Below, one piece after another: positions 27,785-37,799 of a DNA stretch of 64,000 bases. The notes beneath the pieces are model-generated. The model was not told the DNA's origin and ran no database searches. It saw only the letters and a list, made by a program, of their open reading frames with translations. The position numbers and the translations under genes were made by a program. The stretch lies in assembly GCA_903860135.1 (NCBI GenBank), contig CAIOPG010000006.1, forward strand, positions 100,275 to 164,274. The letters run 5' to 3'. Origin of the DNA: Candidatus Omnitrophota bacterium. Lineage in GTDB: Bacteria > Omnitrophota > Gorgyraeia > Zapsychrales > Fredricksoniimonadaceae. Within the stretch, counting starts at the first letter, position 1. Every line of letters begins with the position of its first letter.

Positions 27785-29571
27785 TGATGTCTGTTATCAA
27801 GAAATTGGGATCTGTCGGGTTTACGGTTATGATCAGCGTTGCCCTGATCCTTCTTCTGATCATCGCGACGTCCATGGAAGCGGTGCACGGGACGCCGTTT
27901 GCGCAGAAAGCCTTTTATCAAACGCGCTGGTTTGATATGGTGGTTGCTTTATTGTGGATCAATATTTTTTGTTCTACGGTGCTCAGGTTCCCGTTCAAGC
28001 AAGGGCAGATCGGTTTTTTGATCACACACAGCGGGATACTGCTACTTTTGACCGGGGCGTTGATGACGCGCATGTATGGCATTGAAGGCGAGATGACGAT
28101 CTTTGAAGGCGAGACCAGGAATGCGATCAAGCAGTCGGGGTATGCTTTAAGTGCCACGTTCCCGAATCAGGAAGAAGTTTTGTCCGACCTGCGTCAAGGG
28201 AATATTAAGGTTGCGTTGACACGCGAACGCTTGAATGCCGCGGCGCCTTTTTGCCCGCTTGAACCAAAGAAGGCCGTCGGTGATAGGGAACACCCGGAAC
28301 AAATGGTTGATGTTAATATTGTGAATATTATAGAAAAGGCATCCGAGCGCAGGCAAGTGATCATCGGGGATGCGCAGGCACCGGTCAATCATGCCATCGA
28401 GGTCAGGGTTCATAGCCAGCAATTGGCGCAGGACACTGCGGTATGGCTTGTTGAACATGACACCCAGGATCATGGGGCCGATACGGCCATGGCCGGGCCG
28501 ATCAAACTGATGATGCGCCCGGATGTTCGACCAGCACCGGCGCAGCAACCGATCCTCCATATTGTTGATCAAGCTGGCAAGGAGATTCTAGCTATTAATG
28601 TGAGTGACACCGGGCTGGCCAAAAGTATTCGCCTGGGCAAAACAGGTTTGACGATCAAAGATCTTGAATACTATCCCTATGCCACGGTATCGGCGAATAA
28701 GCTGATTAATTTTCCTGAAGGCAAGCGTTTGAATCCGGCTGTTGTTTTTAATCTGGTTGATGCTAAAAAAGTGTCTGTGCGCCAGGTCAAGTTCGCTTTT
28801 TTCCCGGAATTTGAGTCCATGCATCCGCAGGTTTCAAAAACAGCCGCGCGTGTCCAGATAAAATTTGAAGCTGGTAAACCGCAAGCGGTCGAAGAGCCGT
28901 TTGATGGTTTGCAGGTTTCTTTTGTGTACGATCAGGGAAATAGTTGGAAATACCGGACAAAGTTTCAGGATAAATTCTTGGCCGAGGGGAATGTGGTGGC
29001 GGGTGCTTGCGTGCCGGCGGGATGGAGCGATGCAGAGTTTTGTGTTCGCCAAACAATGTCCCGGGCTCAGATAAGTTATGATATAGCCCCATCGGAGAAT
29101 GGCCAGGGCGGGGTGTTGGCTGCGGCGGTTACGGTGCCTGCGGCAAGTCCTGCGGATGTTTTTTGGGTATTTGAAGGACGACGGACACCGGTGCGGTTAG
29201 CTCAGGGTGAGATTAAACTTTCCCTGGTGCCTGAAACACGGGCAATGCCTTTTGCTTTGACGTTGAAACAATTTAGGAAAGTTGATTATCCAGGGACGCA
29301 AGACGCGGCAAGCTACGAGAGCGATGTGGTCCTGGTCGATACCGTGCGCAAGGTGTCATTGGAACGCACGGTCGTCATGAATCATCCTTTGGAATATGAC
29401 GGTTACAAGATATTCCAGTCGTCATACTTCAATGATCCGGAAGCGGGCAAGGCGTCTGTCTTTACCGTTTCAAAAAATCCAGGTATCCCGTGGATTTACA
29501 TAGGATCGATCCTGGCGTGTCTCGGTGCTATATTTCAGTTCTATGGGCCTGAACAAAAGAAGGTGGCATGA
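27775..29571 (+). CDS. Cytochrome c biogenesis protein ResB/CcsB (system II)
   Basis: N-terminal TM segments with THSG, a large periplasmic region, MNHPLEYDGYKIFQSS and PG followed by a TM segment. Confidence 0.85.
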   Translation: MCLMMSVIKKLGSVGFTVMISVALILLLIIATSMEAVHGTPFAQKAFYQTRWFDMVVALLWINIFCSTVLRFPFKQGQIGFLITHSGILLLLTGALMTRMYGIEGEMTIFEGETRNAIKQSGYALSATFPNQEEVLSDLRQGNIKVALTRERLNAAAPFCPLEPKKAVGDREHPEQMVDVNIVNIIEKASERRQVIIGDAQAPVNHAIEVRVHSQQLAQDTAVWLVEHDTQDHGADTAMAGPIKLMMRPDVRPAPAQQPILHIVDQAGKEILAINVSDTGLAKSIRLGKTGLTIKDLEYYPYATVSANKLINFPEGKRLNPAVVFNLVDAKKVSVRQVKFAFFPEFESMHPQVSKTAARVQIKFEAGKPQAVEEPFDGLQVSFVYDQGNSWKYRTKFQDKFLAEGNVVAGACVPAGWSDAEFCVRQTMSRAQISYDIAPSENGQGGVLAAAVTVPAASPADVFWVFEGRRTPVRLAQGEIKLSLVPETRAMPFALTLKQFRKVDYPGTQDAASYESDVVLVDTVRKVSLERTVVMNHPLEYDGYKIFQSSYFNDPEAGKASVFTVSKNPGIPWIYIGSILACLGAIFQFYGPEQKKVA

Positions 29572-31133
29572 AAAAGATAATTTTTGCGGCAGGTATCGGT
29601 TTGTTGTGGGTAATGGTCGCTTATCCGGTATTGGCATCTGCCAAGCCTGAAGGTATCGCTATCCAGCATCATGGCCGGATCAAGCCATTTTCTGCTTTTG
29701 CCCAGGAAACCTTGCAATTGATCAGCGGTAAAGACCACTGGCAGGGGCAAACAGCAACAGCGTTATTCCTTACGAATCTTGATCATCCGCAACGTTTCCT
29801 TGATTTGCCGTTTATCAGGGTCGATCATCCGGCATTGAGAAAGTTGCTAAGCCTTCCTCTAGAAAGTGGCAATGTTTCTTATCAACAGATCATGTCAGCC
29901 GAGGAAACACTCCTGGCTTTGGTGCGCAGTGCTGCTGACAAACGTGCGGCAGACAAGCGGCCGTCGGCAATTGAACAGCAGGCAGAAACGGTGTATCAAC
30001 GTGTGACCGTTGTTCAGAGTTTATTTTCAGGAGCGTCGATCACGGTCATCCCGGCGGAAAGGGTGTGGTTATCGCCGTTTCAATCCGCAGAAGCACCTGC
30101 TGAAGCCTTCAAAAAGCTTGTGCATGCGTTGGCTGTCAAGGCTCCCGGATGTGACTTGGTTGTCCAACAATGGATCGTCGAGAGTCATCGCTCTATCAGC
30201 AAAGCGGTGCAGTTCCGTATCGAGATGGAGAGGATCTATTATCAATTTCAGCCTTTTTATCTGGCCTGGATCTTTTATCTGGGTGGTTTTATATTTTTAT
30301 TGCCTAGGCAACCGTGGGTCAGAAAGACAGGGAAGTTTCTGATTCTGGCGGGTTTCCTGGGGCATTTGACGGGAATAATTTTGCGTTGGACCATCTTGTT
30401 AAGGCCGCCGGTCGCCAATATGTATGAAACCATGATCTTTATGGACTTGATCCTGATGGTGACGGTGGGTGTATTTGTGATCGTGCGCAAGCGTCCTGCC
30501 TTCTTGTCGAGCGGTGCCTTGGTCAGTGCTTTGATCATGCTTTATGCCCGATTGTTGCCGGTCGATCAGTCCTTGGATGTCCTTACGCCGGTCCTGCGCA
30601 GCAGTTACTGGCTGACGGTGCATGTGATCACGATCATTTCCAGCTATAGCCTTTTTGCATTTGCCATGGCCGTGGCGCATCGACATCTGTTTTTGTCGGC
30701 ACGTGGCAAGCCTACACCGCACGAAGAGCAGATCTCGGCGGATACGATCCTGCGTTTGTTGCAGGCTGGCTTGATCGCCTTGGGTGCGGGCACGATCCTC
30801 GGCGGTGTATGGGCGAATGAGGCCTGGGGCCGTTTTTGGGGCTGGGATCCCAAAGAAACATGGGCTTTTATCACGTTCTTGGGATATATGGCCATTCTTC
30901 ATTTGCGTCATAGTCGACGGTTGAATGATTTTGCTCTGGCTGTCAGCGCAATCTTTGGATTCTTGCTGGTGGTGATGACATGGTATGGCGTAAACTTTGT
31001 CCTGGGTCGCGGTCTGCACAGTTATGGTACGGGTTCCGGTGGCTTGACCTGGATCATTTATTTTTTGATCTTTGAAGCAGTCTTTTTAGCTTTTGTTTTC
31101 ATCAATAAGAAATCTAACAACAAGGGGCGTTGA
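29568..31133 (+). CDS. ccsA: Cytochrome c biogenesis protein CcsA/ResC (system II heme synthase)
   Basis: PVLRSSYWLTVHV, WANEAWGRFWGWDPKETW (WWD domain) and GLHSY. Confidence 0.92.
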   Translation: MKKIIFAAGIGLLWVMVAYPVLASAKPEGIAIQHHGRIKPFSAFAQETLQLISGKDHWQGQTATALFLTNLDHPQRFLDLPFIRVDHPALRKLLSLPLESGNVSYQQIMSAEETLLALVRSAADKRAADKRPSAIEQQAETVYQRVTVVQSLFSGASITVIPAERVWLSPFQSAEAPAEAFKKLVHALAVKAPGCDLVVQQWIVESHRSISKAVQFRIEMERIYYQFQPFYLAWIFYLGGFIFLLPRQPWVRKTGKFLILAGFLGHLTGIILRWTILLRPPVANMYETMIFMDLILMVTVGVFVIVRKRPAFLSSGALVSALIMLYARLLPVDQSLDVLTPVLRSSYWLTVHVITIISSYSLFAFAMAVAHRHLFLSARGKPTPHEEQISADTILRLLQAGLIALGAGTILGGVWANEAWGRFWGWDPKETWAFITFLGYMAILHLRHSRRLNDFALAVSAIFGFLLVVMTWYGVNFVLGRGLHSYGTGSGGLTWIIYFLIFEAVFLAFVFINKKSNNKGR

Positions 31134-31137
31134 TCCC

Positions 31138-31488
31138 ATGAAAAACAATAAGAAAAGGAATCGTATGCGCAGTCGACTTCTAAAATTATTTGCAATACTT
31201 CCCGTGATTTCAGCAGGTTTTATTATTATCAACCTGCCAGCACGCGCGGATGTCGCCGAGATGAAAAAGTATAAAGAAGCTTTTCCCGAAACAAAGCCCA
31301 AGTGCATCAATTGCCATGTGGCCGAGCTTCCCAAGAAAGAAGAAGCGGCGCATGAGTGGAACGATTACGGCAAAGCTGTTATGGCGCAAGTGGCAAAGGA
31401 TGGTATCAAGGGCGATGAAGCTGATGAACCTCGTCCGACACCTGAAACGTATACGCGTGTGGGTAAGATCGAAGATTTCAAAAAATAA
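31138..31488 (+). CDS. Small exported monoheme c-type cytochrome
   Basis: Signal peptide ending in ARA, a single CINCH and a downstream His (AAHEWN). Confidence 0.75.
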   Translation: MKNNKKRNRMRSRLLKLFAILPVISAGFIIINLPARADVAEMKKYKEAFPETKPKCINCHVAELPKKEEAAHEWNDYGKAVMAQVAKDGIKGDEADEPRPTPETYTRVGKIEDFKK

Positions 31489-31506
31489 AGATACCGAAGG
31501 AGGTTT

Positions 31507-32292
31507 ATGAGAGCTAACCATTCTTTTTTTTTATGTTTAACAAGGGCCATGTTTTTGAGTGTGGCACTGTTTTGCTTGGTCTTTTGCGCCGGGAGAATAT
31601 CGAATGCTCAGGCACTGGTCGAGCAGAAAGCTCCTTCTGTGTCGCAGAAGGGGGCAACGTATGTGGGCATGGAAACCTGCGCCACGTGCCACGAGGATCA
31701 GGCAAAGCAATTCAAACTTTCACCGCACGCCAGGTTGGTGACAAAGGGCACAAAGGATGTGCCTCAGGCGTGCGAAACGTGCCATGGACCGGGCAGTATC
31801 CATGCGGAGAACGGCGGCGGTAAAGGGAATGCCATCACCAATCCCAAGAAAGACCCAACGATTTGTTTCACGTGTCATACGGAAAAGAAGATGGAATTCC
31901 GCCTGCCCAATCATCACCCGGTGCTCGAGGGCAAGATGAGCTGTGTGGATTGCCATGAAATGCATGGTTCTGATGCCAAAGCATCGGCAACGTCCATGGA
32001 AGGGCCCAATGAGACGTGTTTCAAGTGCCACAAGGATCAACAGGGGCCGTTTGTGTATGAACATCCAGCGATGCGTGAAGGCTGCACCTCGTGCCATAAG
32101 GTGCATGGATCCATTAATGCGAAAATGTTGCTGGCCAGGGATTTCAATCTTTGTGTAAAATGTCATTCTCAGGCAAATTTCCCGACGCTGGTTACAGACA
32201 ATCACGCAACTAATATGCAGCGGGCAGGCGCTTGCTGGGAGTGCCACACCCGGCCGCATGGGTCTAATTTTGCGCCAAAATTTACGTATTAA
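31507..32292 (+). CDS. Periplasmic octaheme cytochrome, DmsE/MtrA-like
   Basis: Signal peptide and 8 CxxCH motifs (CATCH, CETCH, CFTCH, CVDCH, CFKCH, CTSCH, CVKCH, CWECH), plus CHGPGS, GPFVYEHP and PHGSN. Confidence 0.9.
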   Translation: MRANHSFFLCLTRAMFLSVALFCLVFCAGRISNAQALVEQKAPSVSQKGATYVGMETCATCHEDQAKQFKLSPHARLVTKGTKDVPQACETCHGPGSIHAENGGGKGNAITNPKKDPTICFTCHTEKKMEFRLPNHHPVLEGKMSCVDCHEMHGSDAKASATSMEGPNETCFKCHKDQQGPFVYEHPAMREGCTSCHKVHGSINAKMLLARDFNLCVKCHSQANFPTLVTDNHATNMQRAGACWECHTRPHGSNFAPKFTY

Positions 32293-32304
32293 AAAGGGGG
32301 TCCA

Positions 32305-34383
32305 GTGATGCGCGATCACTTCGGGGTTAAATTAGTCAGATTTATGTTGGCTGTGGTGATGTTGATGGCATGGAGTGTACCTTCTTTTGCCCAGGAAAGC
32401 GCGGTGGTTTTGACATTGAGGCCGGTTCAGACGGCTTTTGTTAAAGGGGACGTGTCAAAATTCAGGGCGATCAATTGGACCAAGGATGGCGCACAATCCG
32501 GGATCAAGGCGTTGCTCCTTGATGTCAAACCGACAAAAGATGTCACAGTGTCTTTTGAGGGCAGTGGCATGGTCGGTGATGCGGATTATACCGGCGGGAT
32601 GCTGGTTACCAAAGAGAACCTGGGGTATGTGAAGTTCAATTATGATTCTTTCCGGAAGTATTATGATAATAAGGGTGGGTACTATCCTTTTCCTTCAGCG
32701 GGGATGGCGTTACAGACATTGACTCAAGATCTGAAGCTGGATGTGGGGCATTTTGCCGTTGAGATCGGCAAAGGCACTGCCAGTGACCCTGATTTCAGCG
32801 TTGGTTATGAACGCGCCACCAAGAATGGTATCAAAGACAGTACGACCTGGGGGTATGTCAAAGATTATGCGTATAATGCCAATGCGACGGTTAATCGCAA
32901 AAAGATTGCACCGATCTTTATTACCAAAGATGAAATCACGGACACGTTGACTGTTAAAGGCAAGGTGGATGTGGCAGGATTTAAGGTCAAGGGTGAACAG
33001 AAGTATGTTTTCTTCAAGGGTAATAATTTACGTGAAGAGCGTGTTTACGGCAGCGCAGGGGCAACCACGGCTGAGAATAAGATCACGCGTCAGACGGAAA
33101 CACCGCAGACCAAGGAATTGTCATCGGTGATCCGCGCCGAGCGCTGGTCATTGAATGATAAGACGTATGTGGCCATGGGGTATCGTTTTGGCCATGTGCG
33201 TAATTCCATGCTTTATGTGTCCAGGGATTATAATTCAGCGACAGGGCTCTTGTTGTGGTCAGCCGGAAATTTCAAGGATGGATATGCCCAGAATATTCAG
33301 GATACGCATACGGTGACGGGCATGATGTCATCGAACCTGACCGATCAGTTGACGCTGATCTCCAGGGTTAAGGGAGAATTAAAAAGTAGTTATGGCACCA
33401 GCCATCAGTATTTCTTGAATAGCGCTGAAGTAGGGACGACGGATCTTTATCAGGTGAATGAAGACAAAGTGACCAACAGTGCTGAAAGTTTCTCGCTGAG
33501 GTATGCCGGGATTGCACGGACAAGCCTTTATGCGGACCTTGAGTTGAGCCAGGAACGGAACTGGAAGGCGTTAAATTATCCAACATCATGGTCGACGTCG
33601 GCACCGAATCCGGCACTGTTGCTTTCGGAAACGATCAACCATGTGCCTGAAACAGTGGGGACGCTGGGAATGCGCGTAACCCCGGTTGACAAGGTGAGCC
33701 TGACGACCGAACTTAAGTATAAAGAAAAGATAGATAAGCTGGATAAGGTCACGGGCTCTGCGGCGACGTATATCAATAAGCTCAATACCGTTTCTGAGGA
33801 GGTATCAACGCGCCTGGCCTGGAAGCCGTTTAAATGGCTGGAGAATTCTTTTAAGGTCAAGGCGGTGGATAACCTTTACCGTATCCAGGCCATGAACTTT
33901 AACAAGGTCAAGATGCCGGGCACCGAGCGTGATTTTATCTATGGCATTAATCTTATGCCGACGGATCAGGTGATGGTTAACCTGTCGTATGCACTGCAAT
34001 TATCCAAGACAGGCGGGATCGGGGATCAAAGTGTTTACGCCCCGCCGCCGTATACCGCCAATGTGTATACCTGGGCGTTGAGCAGCAGTTATGCGCCGAC
34101 GGAGAAATTTATTTTCTTCGATTCCCTGGAGTACTCAAGGGCCAAGAACCAGACGAATGTTGACGGGAAAAGCATTACGACAACGCTGGCGTCGATGGGA
34201 CCCATGCTCATGGGGCTCGACCAGGAATGGTACAGCATTGACAATGGGGTTAAATGGCTGCCGACCAAGAGCCTGACCATTGAACCGCATTATGCGTATT
34301 ATGCTTTCCGTAATTTTGAAGGCGTATCTACCGGCAATTACAGCGCGCATGTTATCTGGCTGGATGTGAATGTGACGTGGTGA
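32305..34383 (+). CDS. Large outer-membrane beta-barrel, MtrB/PioB-like partner of the octaheme
   Basis: Signal peptide, 692 aa with alternating amphipathic strands, C-terminal aromatic residue (VNVTW), directly downstream of the multiheme gene. Confidence 0.75.
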   Translation: MMRDHFGVKLVRFMLAVVMLMAWSVPSFAQESAVVLTLRPVQTAFVKGDVSKFRAINWTKDGAQSGIKALLLDVKPTKDVTVSFEGSGMVGDADYTGGMLVTKENLGYVKFNYDSFRKYYDNKGGYYPFPSAGMALQTLTQDLKLDVGHFAVEIGKGTASDPDFSVGYERATKNGIKDSTTWGYVKDYAYNANATVNRKKIAPIFITKDEITDTLTVKGKVDVAGFKVKGEQKYVFFKGNNLREERVYGSAGATTAENKITRQTETPQTKELSSVIRAERWSLNDKTYVAMGYRFGHVRNSMLYVSRDYNSATGLLLWSAGNFKDGYAQNIQDTHTVTGMMSSNLTDQLTLISRVKGELKSSYGTSHQYFLNSAEVGTTDLYQVNEDKVTNSAESFSLRYAGIARTSLYADLELSQERNWKALNYPTSWSTSAPNPALLLSETINHVPETVGTLGMRVTPVDKVSLTTELKYKEKIDKLDKVTGSAATYINKLNTVSEEVSTRLAWKPFKWLENSFKVKAVDNLYRIQAMNFNKVKMPGTERDFIYGINLMPTDQVMVNLSYALQLSKTGGIGDQSVYAPPPYTANVYTWALSSSYAPTEKFIFFDSLEYSRAKNQTNVDGKSITTTLASMGPMLMGLDQEWYSIDNGVKWLPTKSLTIEPHYAYYAFRNFEGVSTGNYSAHVIWLDVNVTW

Positions 34384-34433
34384 TGTGCATTTATTTTATT
34401 GATCGATCAACGAGGGTGTTGAAGCGTTCCATG

Positions 34434-34461
34434 AAATCCCCGGTCGTGTGATCGGGGATTT
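34434..34461 (+). terminator. Intra-operon hairpin after the porin gene (partial terminator or mRNA stabiliser)
   Basis: AAATCCCCGGTC-GTGT-GATCGGGGATTT forms a 12-bp stem with one G-U pair; weak U-tract. Confidence 0.5.
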
Positions 34462-34478
34462 CCATCATAGAGGTAGGC

Positions 34479-35123
34479 ATGGGGTATAAGGTATATTATC
34501 CGGTTAATCTGGATTTAAACGGCAAACGATGCCTGGTGGTCGGCGGCGGGGCAGTGGCGGCCCGCAAGGCGCTCACGCTTATGGCCTTTGGCGGGGTCGT
34601 CACGGTGATCAGCCCGACGCTGGACCCGTTATTGCGGTGCCAGGTTAAATCAGGCAAGATCAGCTATATAGCCGGGAAATATCATCAGAAATTCATGGCA
34701 GGGGCAGCGGTTGTCATTGCGGCCACCGATGATCCGGCGGTGAATCAAATGGTATTCACGCATGCGGTGCGACGCAATATCCTGGTCAATGTGGTGGATG
34801 TACCGGAGTTGTGCACGTTCATTGTGCCGGCGATCGTCAGGCGAGGGCCTTTGGTACTGGGGATATCGACCAGCGGTCAAAGCCCGATGTTCGCGCAGCA
34901 ACAAAAGAAAATGTGTGAAGCCTGCCGAACGCCGCGGCACGGGGATTTTGTCCGCATGATGGGATCGGTGCGTGCCAGGATCAAGCGGCAGTACGCCACG
35001 ATTCCGGAGCGTAAGGCGGTGCATGCGAAGCTCATGGATTCGAACATCCTTGATCTTGTGCTTGCTGGTAAGGCTGTTGCGGCGCGGAAGGTCTTGCTGT
35101 CTATTCTCAAAGGGCGGGTATGA
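34479..35123 (+). CDS. Precorrin-2 dehydrogenase / sirohydrochlorin ferrochelatase (SirC/Met8/CysG-N-like)
   Basis: YYPVNL...VVGGGAVAARK, IAATDD, VNVVD and ISTSGQSP. Confidence 0.9.
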   Translation: MGYKVYYPVNLDLNGKRCLVVGGGAVAARKALTLMAFGGVVTVISPTLDPLLRCQVKSGKISYIAGKYHQKFMAGAAVVIAATDDPAVNQMVFTHAVRRNILVNVVDVPELCTFIVPAIVRRGPLVLGISTSGQSPMFAQQQKKMCEACRTPRHGDFVRMMGSVRARIKRQYATIPERKAVHAKLMDSNILDLVLAGKAVAARKVLLSILKGRV

Positions 35124-36058
35124 TCGACAAGAAAATCATTGTCGGGGCTAGGAAAAGTCAGTTATCATTGACGCAGACCAATGGCGTTATAACTGTTTTA
35201 AAAGGGTTTTTCCCGGATTATGACTTTGAATTAAAGACGATTACGACGGCAGGCGACCGGAGCATGGAACCTGCGGCACTCTTTAATCATCAGGGAATTT
35301 TTGTCAAGGAGATCGAGGAAGCGCTGTTGCGCGGCGCAATCGACCTTGGGGTCCACAGTTTGAAGGATATGCCGTGTGCTATCCGTGATGGTTTGGCCCT
35401 GGGGGCTGTCGGTGAGCGTGAAGATCCGCGCGATGCGTTTTTGTCGCGCGACGGGTCAGCATTATGTGATCTGAAGCCAGGCGCTTTGATCGGAACGAGC
35501 AGTGTGCGCCGTCGGGCACAGCTTCTCCTCGCGCGCCCCGACCTTAAGGTGGTTGAGATGCGCGGGAATGTGGATACGCGGCTAAGGAAACTACAGGCGG
35601 GCGAGGTGGATGCCCTGGTTATTGCCTGTGCCGGTTTGGTGCGCCTGGGGCAGGAGCCGTGCATTACAGAACGTTTGTCGCTGGATATGATGCTGTCGGC
35701 GCCTTGCCAGGGGGCGTTGGGCCTTGAGATCCGGCACGATGATGCACGACTCAGGGCGGTTGCCGCGCGGTTTGACCATGCGTTGACGCGGGCGTGTGTG
35801 ACGGCAGAAAGAGCCTTCCTGCAAACATTAGGCGGCGGCTGCAGTTTGCCGGTGGGCGCGTTGGCACGACTGGAAGCTGGTGTGTTCACCCTGACGGGGC
35901 AGGTGGTTGATCCTGACGGGAAGAAAGCGATCCGGCGGAGTGTGTCAGGTCCTATGGCTGCGCCGCAAGCGCTCGGCGAAACGTTGGCCAGGGAATTATG
36001 GGATGCTGACGGGGCGTGGATAAAGCTAGCGTTACAAAGTCCATATTCTAAGAAATAA
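35120..36058 (+). CDS. hemC: Hydroxymethylbilane synthase
   Basis: VHSLKD, GTSSVRR, RGNVDTRL and GGGCSLP. Confidence 0.96.
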   Translation: MIDKKIIVGARKSQLSLTQTNGVITVLKGFFPDYDFELKTITTAGDRSMEPAALFNHQGIFVKEIEEALLRGAIDLGVHSLKDMPCAIRDGLALGAVGEREDPRDAFLSRDGSALCDLKPGALIGTSSVRRRAQLLLARPDLKVVEMRGNVDTRLRKLQAGEVDALVIACAGLVRLGQEPCITERLSLDMMLSAPCQGALGLEIRHDDARLRAVAARFDHALTRACVTAERAFLQTLGGGCSLPVGALARLEAGVFTLTGQVVDPDGKKAIRRSVSGPMAAPQALGETLARELWDADGAWIKLALQSPYSKK

Positions 36059-36068
36059 CAACTTAGAA

Positions 36069-36216
36069 TGTGATCTTTTACGGGTTCTTAAAGCTTGCAG
36101 TAGCCCTTGCTGCTCAGACAGCAGAAACAGCTTTTTCTTGAAATATTTTTATGGAAAGCCTGGTTTCTGAACTCGCGACGGCGGGATACTTCCAGCTTTA
36201 AACCAGTAAAAGCTAG
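36069..36216. repeat. Structured intergenic element, copy 1 (putative ncRNA, cis-regulator or MITE)
   Basis: Near-identical to 40967-41111. The terminal arms CTTTTACGGGTT and AACCAGTAAAAG pair, and there are nested internal stems. Confidence 0.85.
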
Positions 36217-36254
36217 GCGTAATTTAATATATGAAAAGATCGGGACATTAGGTT

Positions 36255-37799
36255 ATGAGATCAGGTAAAGTTTATCTTGTCGGTGCCGGGCCTGGGGATA
36301 TCGGGCTGGTCACACTCAAAGCGGTTGATCTTCTGAAGGCCGCGGATGTGGTGGTGTACGATCAGCTTGTTAATCCTGAAATCCTGGCTTTTGCCCGGCA
36401 AGGCGCGGAGCTTGTGTTTGCAGGAAAATATGCGGGCGATCATGTGTTGGGCCAGGCGGAGATCAATCAGGTCCTCATCGACAGGGCGCATCAGGGAAAA
36501 GCGGTGGTCCGTTTAAAGGGCGGGGATCCGCTGCTTTTTGGCCGCGGTGCCGAGGAAGCCTTGGAGCTGGCCGAAGCCGGGGTGCTTTTTGAGATCGTTC
36601 CGGGTGTGAGTTCTGCCTATGCGGTTCCGGCTTATGCGGGGATCCCGGTCACGTACCGCAATATTTCTTCGCGGCTTAATATTGTCACTGGCCATGAAAC
36701 GCCCGATAAAGGCAAGGCCGTGATCCCGTGGAAGAAGCTTCTCGATAAAAATGGCACGCTTGTTATTCTGATGGGGTTTGGCAATCTGGAGACTATTGTC
36801 CGGCAGATCGTAACGACACCCGAAGCGTTGAAGACGCCGGTGGCCTTGATCAGCAGGGGCACACGCCCCGAACAGCTGGTGGTGACAGGGGTCCTTTCCA
36901 ATATTGTGAAGAAAGTTAAAGCGTCAGGCATGAAGGCCCCGGCGATCATTGTGATCGGGGCGGTGGTGAATTTGCGCAAGAAACTCGACTGGTTCAAGCC
37001 GGAACTTCCGTTGAAAGGCAAGCGGATCCTTGTGACGCGGCCCGTGCATCAGGCCAGTGTGCTGGCTGATCTTTTAAAACGTCAGGGGGCCAGTGTAACC
37101 GCCATACCGCTCATCACCGTCGTTGCATCGAGGGATGTGGCAGGTATCAGGTCGACACTGCATGATCTGGACCAGTATGACTGGATCGTTTTAACCAGTG
37201 TCAACGGAGCGGTTTTTTTTCTGAAGGCACTGGGGCGTCACAAGATCAGCCTTGATCGCTTGAAGGGCAAGAAATTCGCGGCCATTGGTAAAAAGACGGC
37301 CGAGCACCTGGAAGCCGCCGGGATCAAGGTGGACCTGACGCCGCGGGAGTTTGTTCAGGAAGGGCTGGCCGATGCCATGATCCAGGCCATTGCCACAGGG
37401 TCAAGGCGTGTCCTTTTGCCGCATGCCGCCGGAAGCCGGACGGTCCTTGAACAGCGTCTGCGCGCCGCCGGGCTTAAAGTGGATACACTCGATCTGTACA
37501 GCACCAGGCCGGTCACGGAAAATCATCGGCGTGTGAAGAAGCTGTTTGAGGATCGCAAAGTTGATGCGGTCATGCTCACCAGTTCATCGTGTGCGGAAAG
37601 TTTTATCGATGTGTTTGACCGTTCACGCCTGAAGCAAGCGGTGGGGGATGTTGTTATGGCGTCGATCGGTCCGATCACGTCGGCAACCATCCGCAAGGCC
37701 GGCTTGGCCGTGGCGGTGGAAAGTCAGGAGTCGACGATCGAAGGTGTTACCCATGCGCTTGTGGGCTATTACCGTCAATCAAAGAAAGACGCCACATGA
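36255..37799 (+). CDS. cobA: Fused uroporphyrinogen-III C-methyltransferase / uroporphyrinogen-III synthase (CobA-HemD)
   Basis: LVGAGPGD, RLKGGDP and VPGVSS, followed by LKGKRILVTRP, TSVNG and SIGPIT. Confidence 0.94.
   Translation: MRSGKVYLVGAGPGDIGLVTLKAVDLLKAADVVVYDQLVNPEILAFARQGAELVFAGKYAGDHVLGQAEINQVLIDRAHQGKAVVRLKGGDPLLFGRGAEEALELAEAGVLFEIVPGVSSAYAVPAYAGIPVTYRNISSRLNIVTGHETPDKGKAVIPWKKLLDKNGTLVILMGFGNLETIVRQIVTTPEALKTPVALISRGTRPEQLVVTGVLSNIVKKVKASGMKAPAIIVIGAVVNLRKKLDWFKPELPLKGKRILVTRPVHQASVLADLLKRQGASVTAIPLITVVASRDVAGIRSTLHDLDQYDWIVLTSVNGAVFFLKALGRHKISLDRLKGKKFAAIGKKTAEHLEAAGIKVDLTPREFVQEGLADAMIQAIATGSRRVLLPHAAGSRTVLEQRLRAAGLKVDTLDLYSTRPVTENHRRVKKLFEDRKVDAVMLTSSSCAESFIDVFDRSRLKQAVGDVVMASIGPITSATIRKAGLAVAVESQESTIEGVTHALVGYYRQSKKDAT

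Noticed and set aside
34399-34410. TTGAT-CG-ATCAA as an FNR box before the heme genes
   Set aside because: The half-sites are separated by 2 nt rather than the required 4, so it is only a short palindrome.
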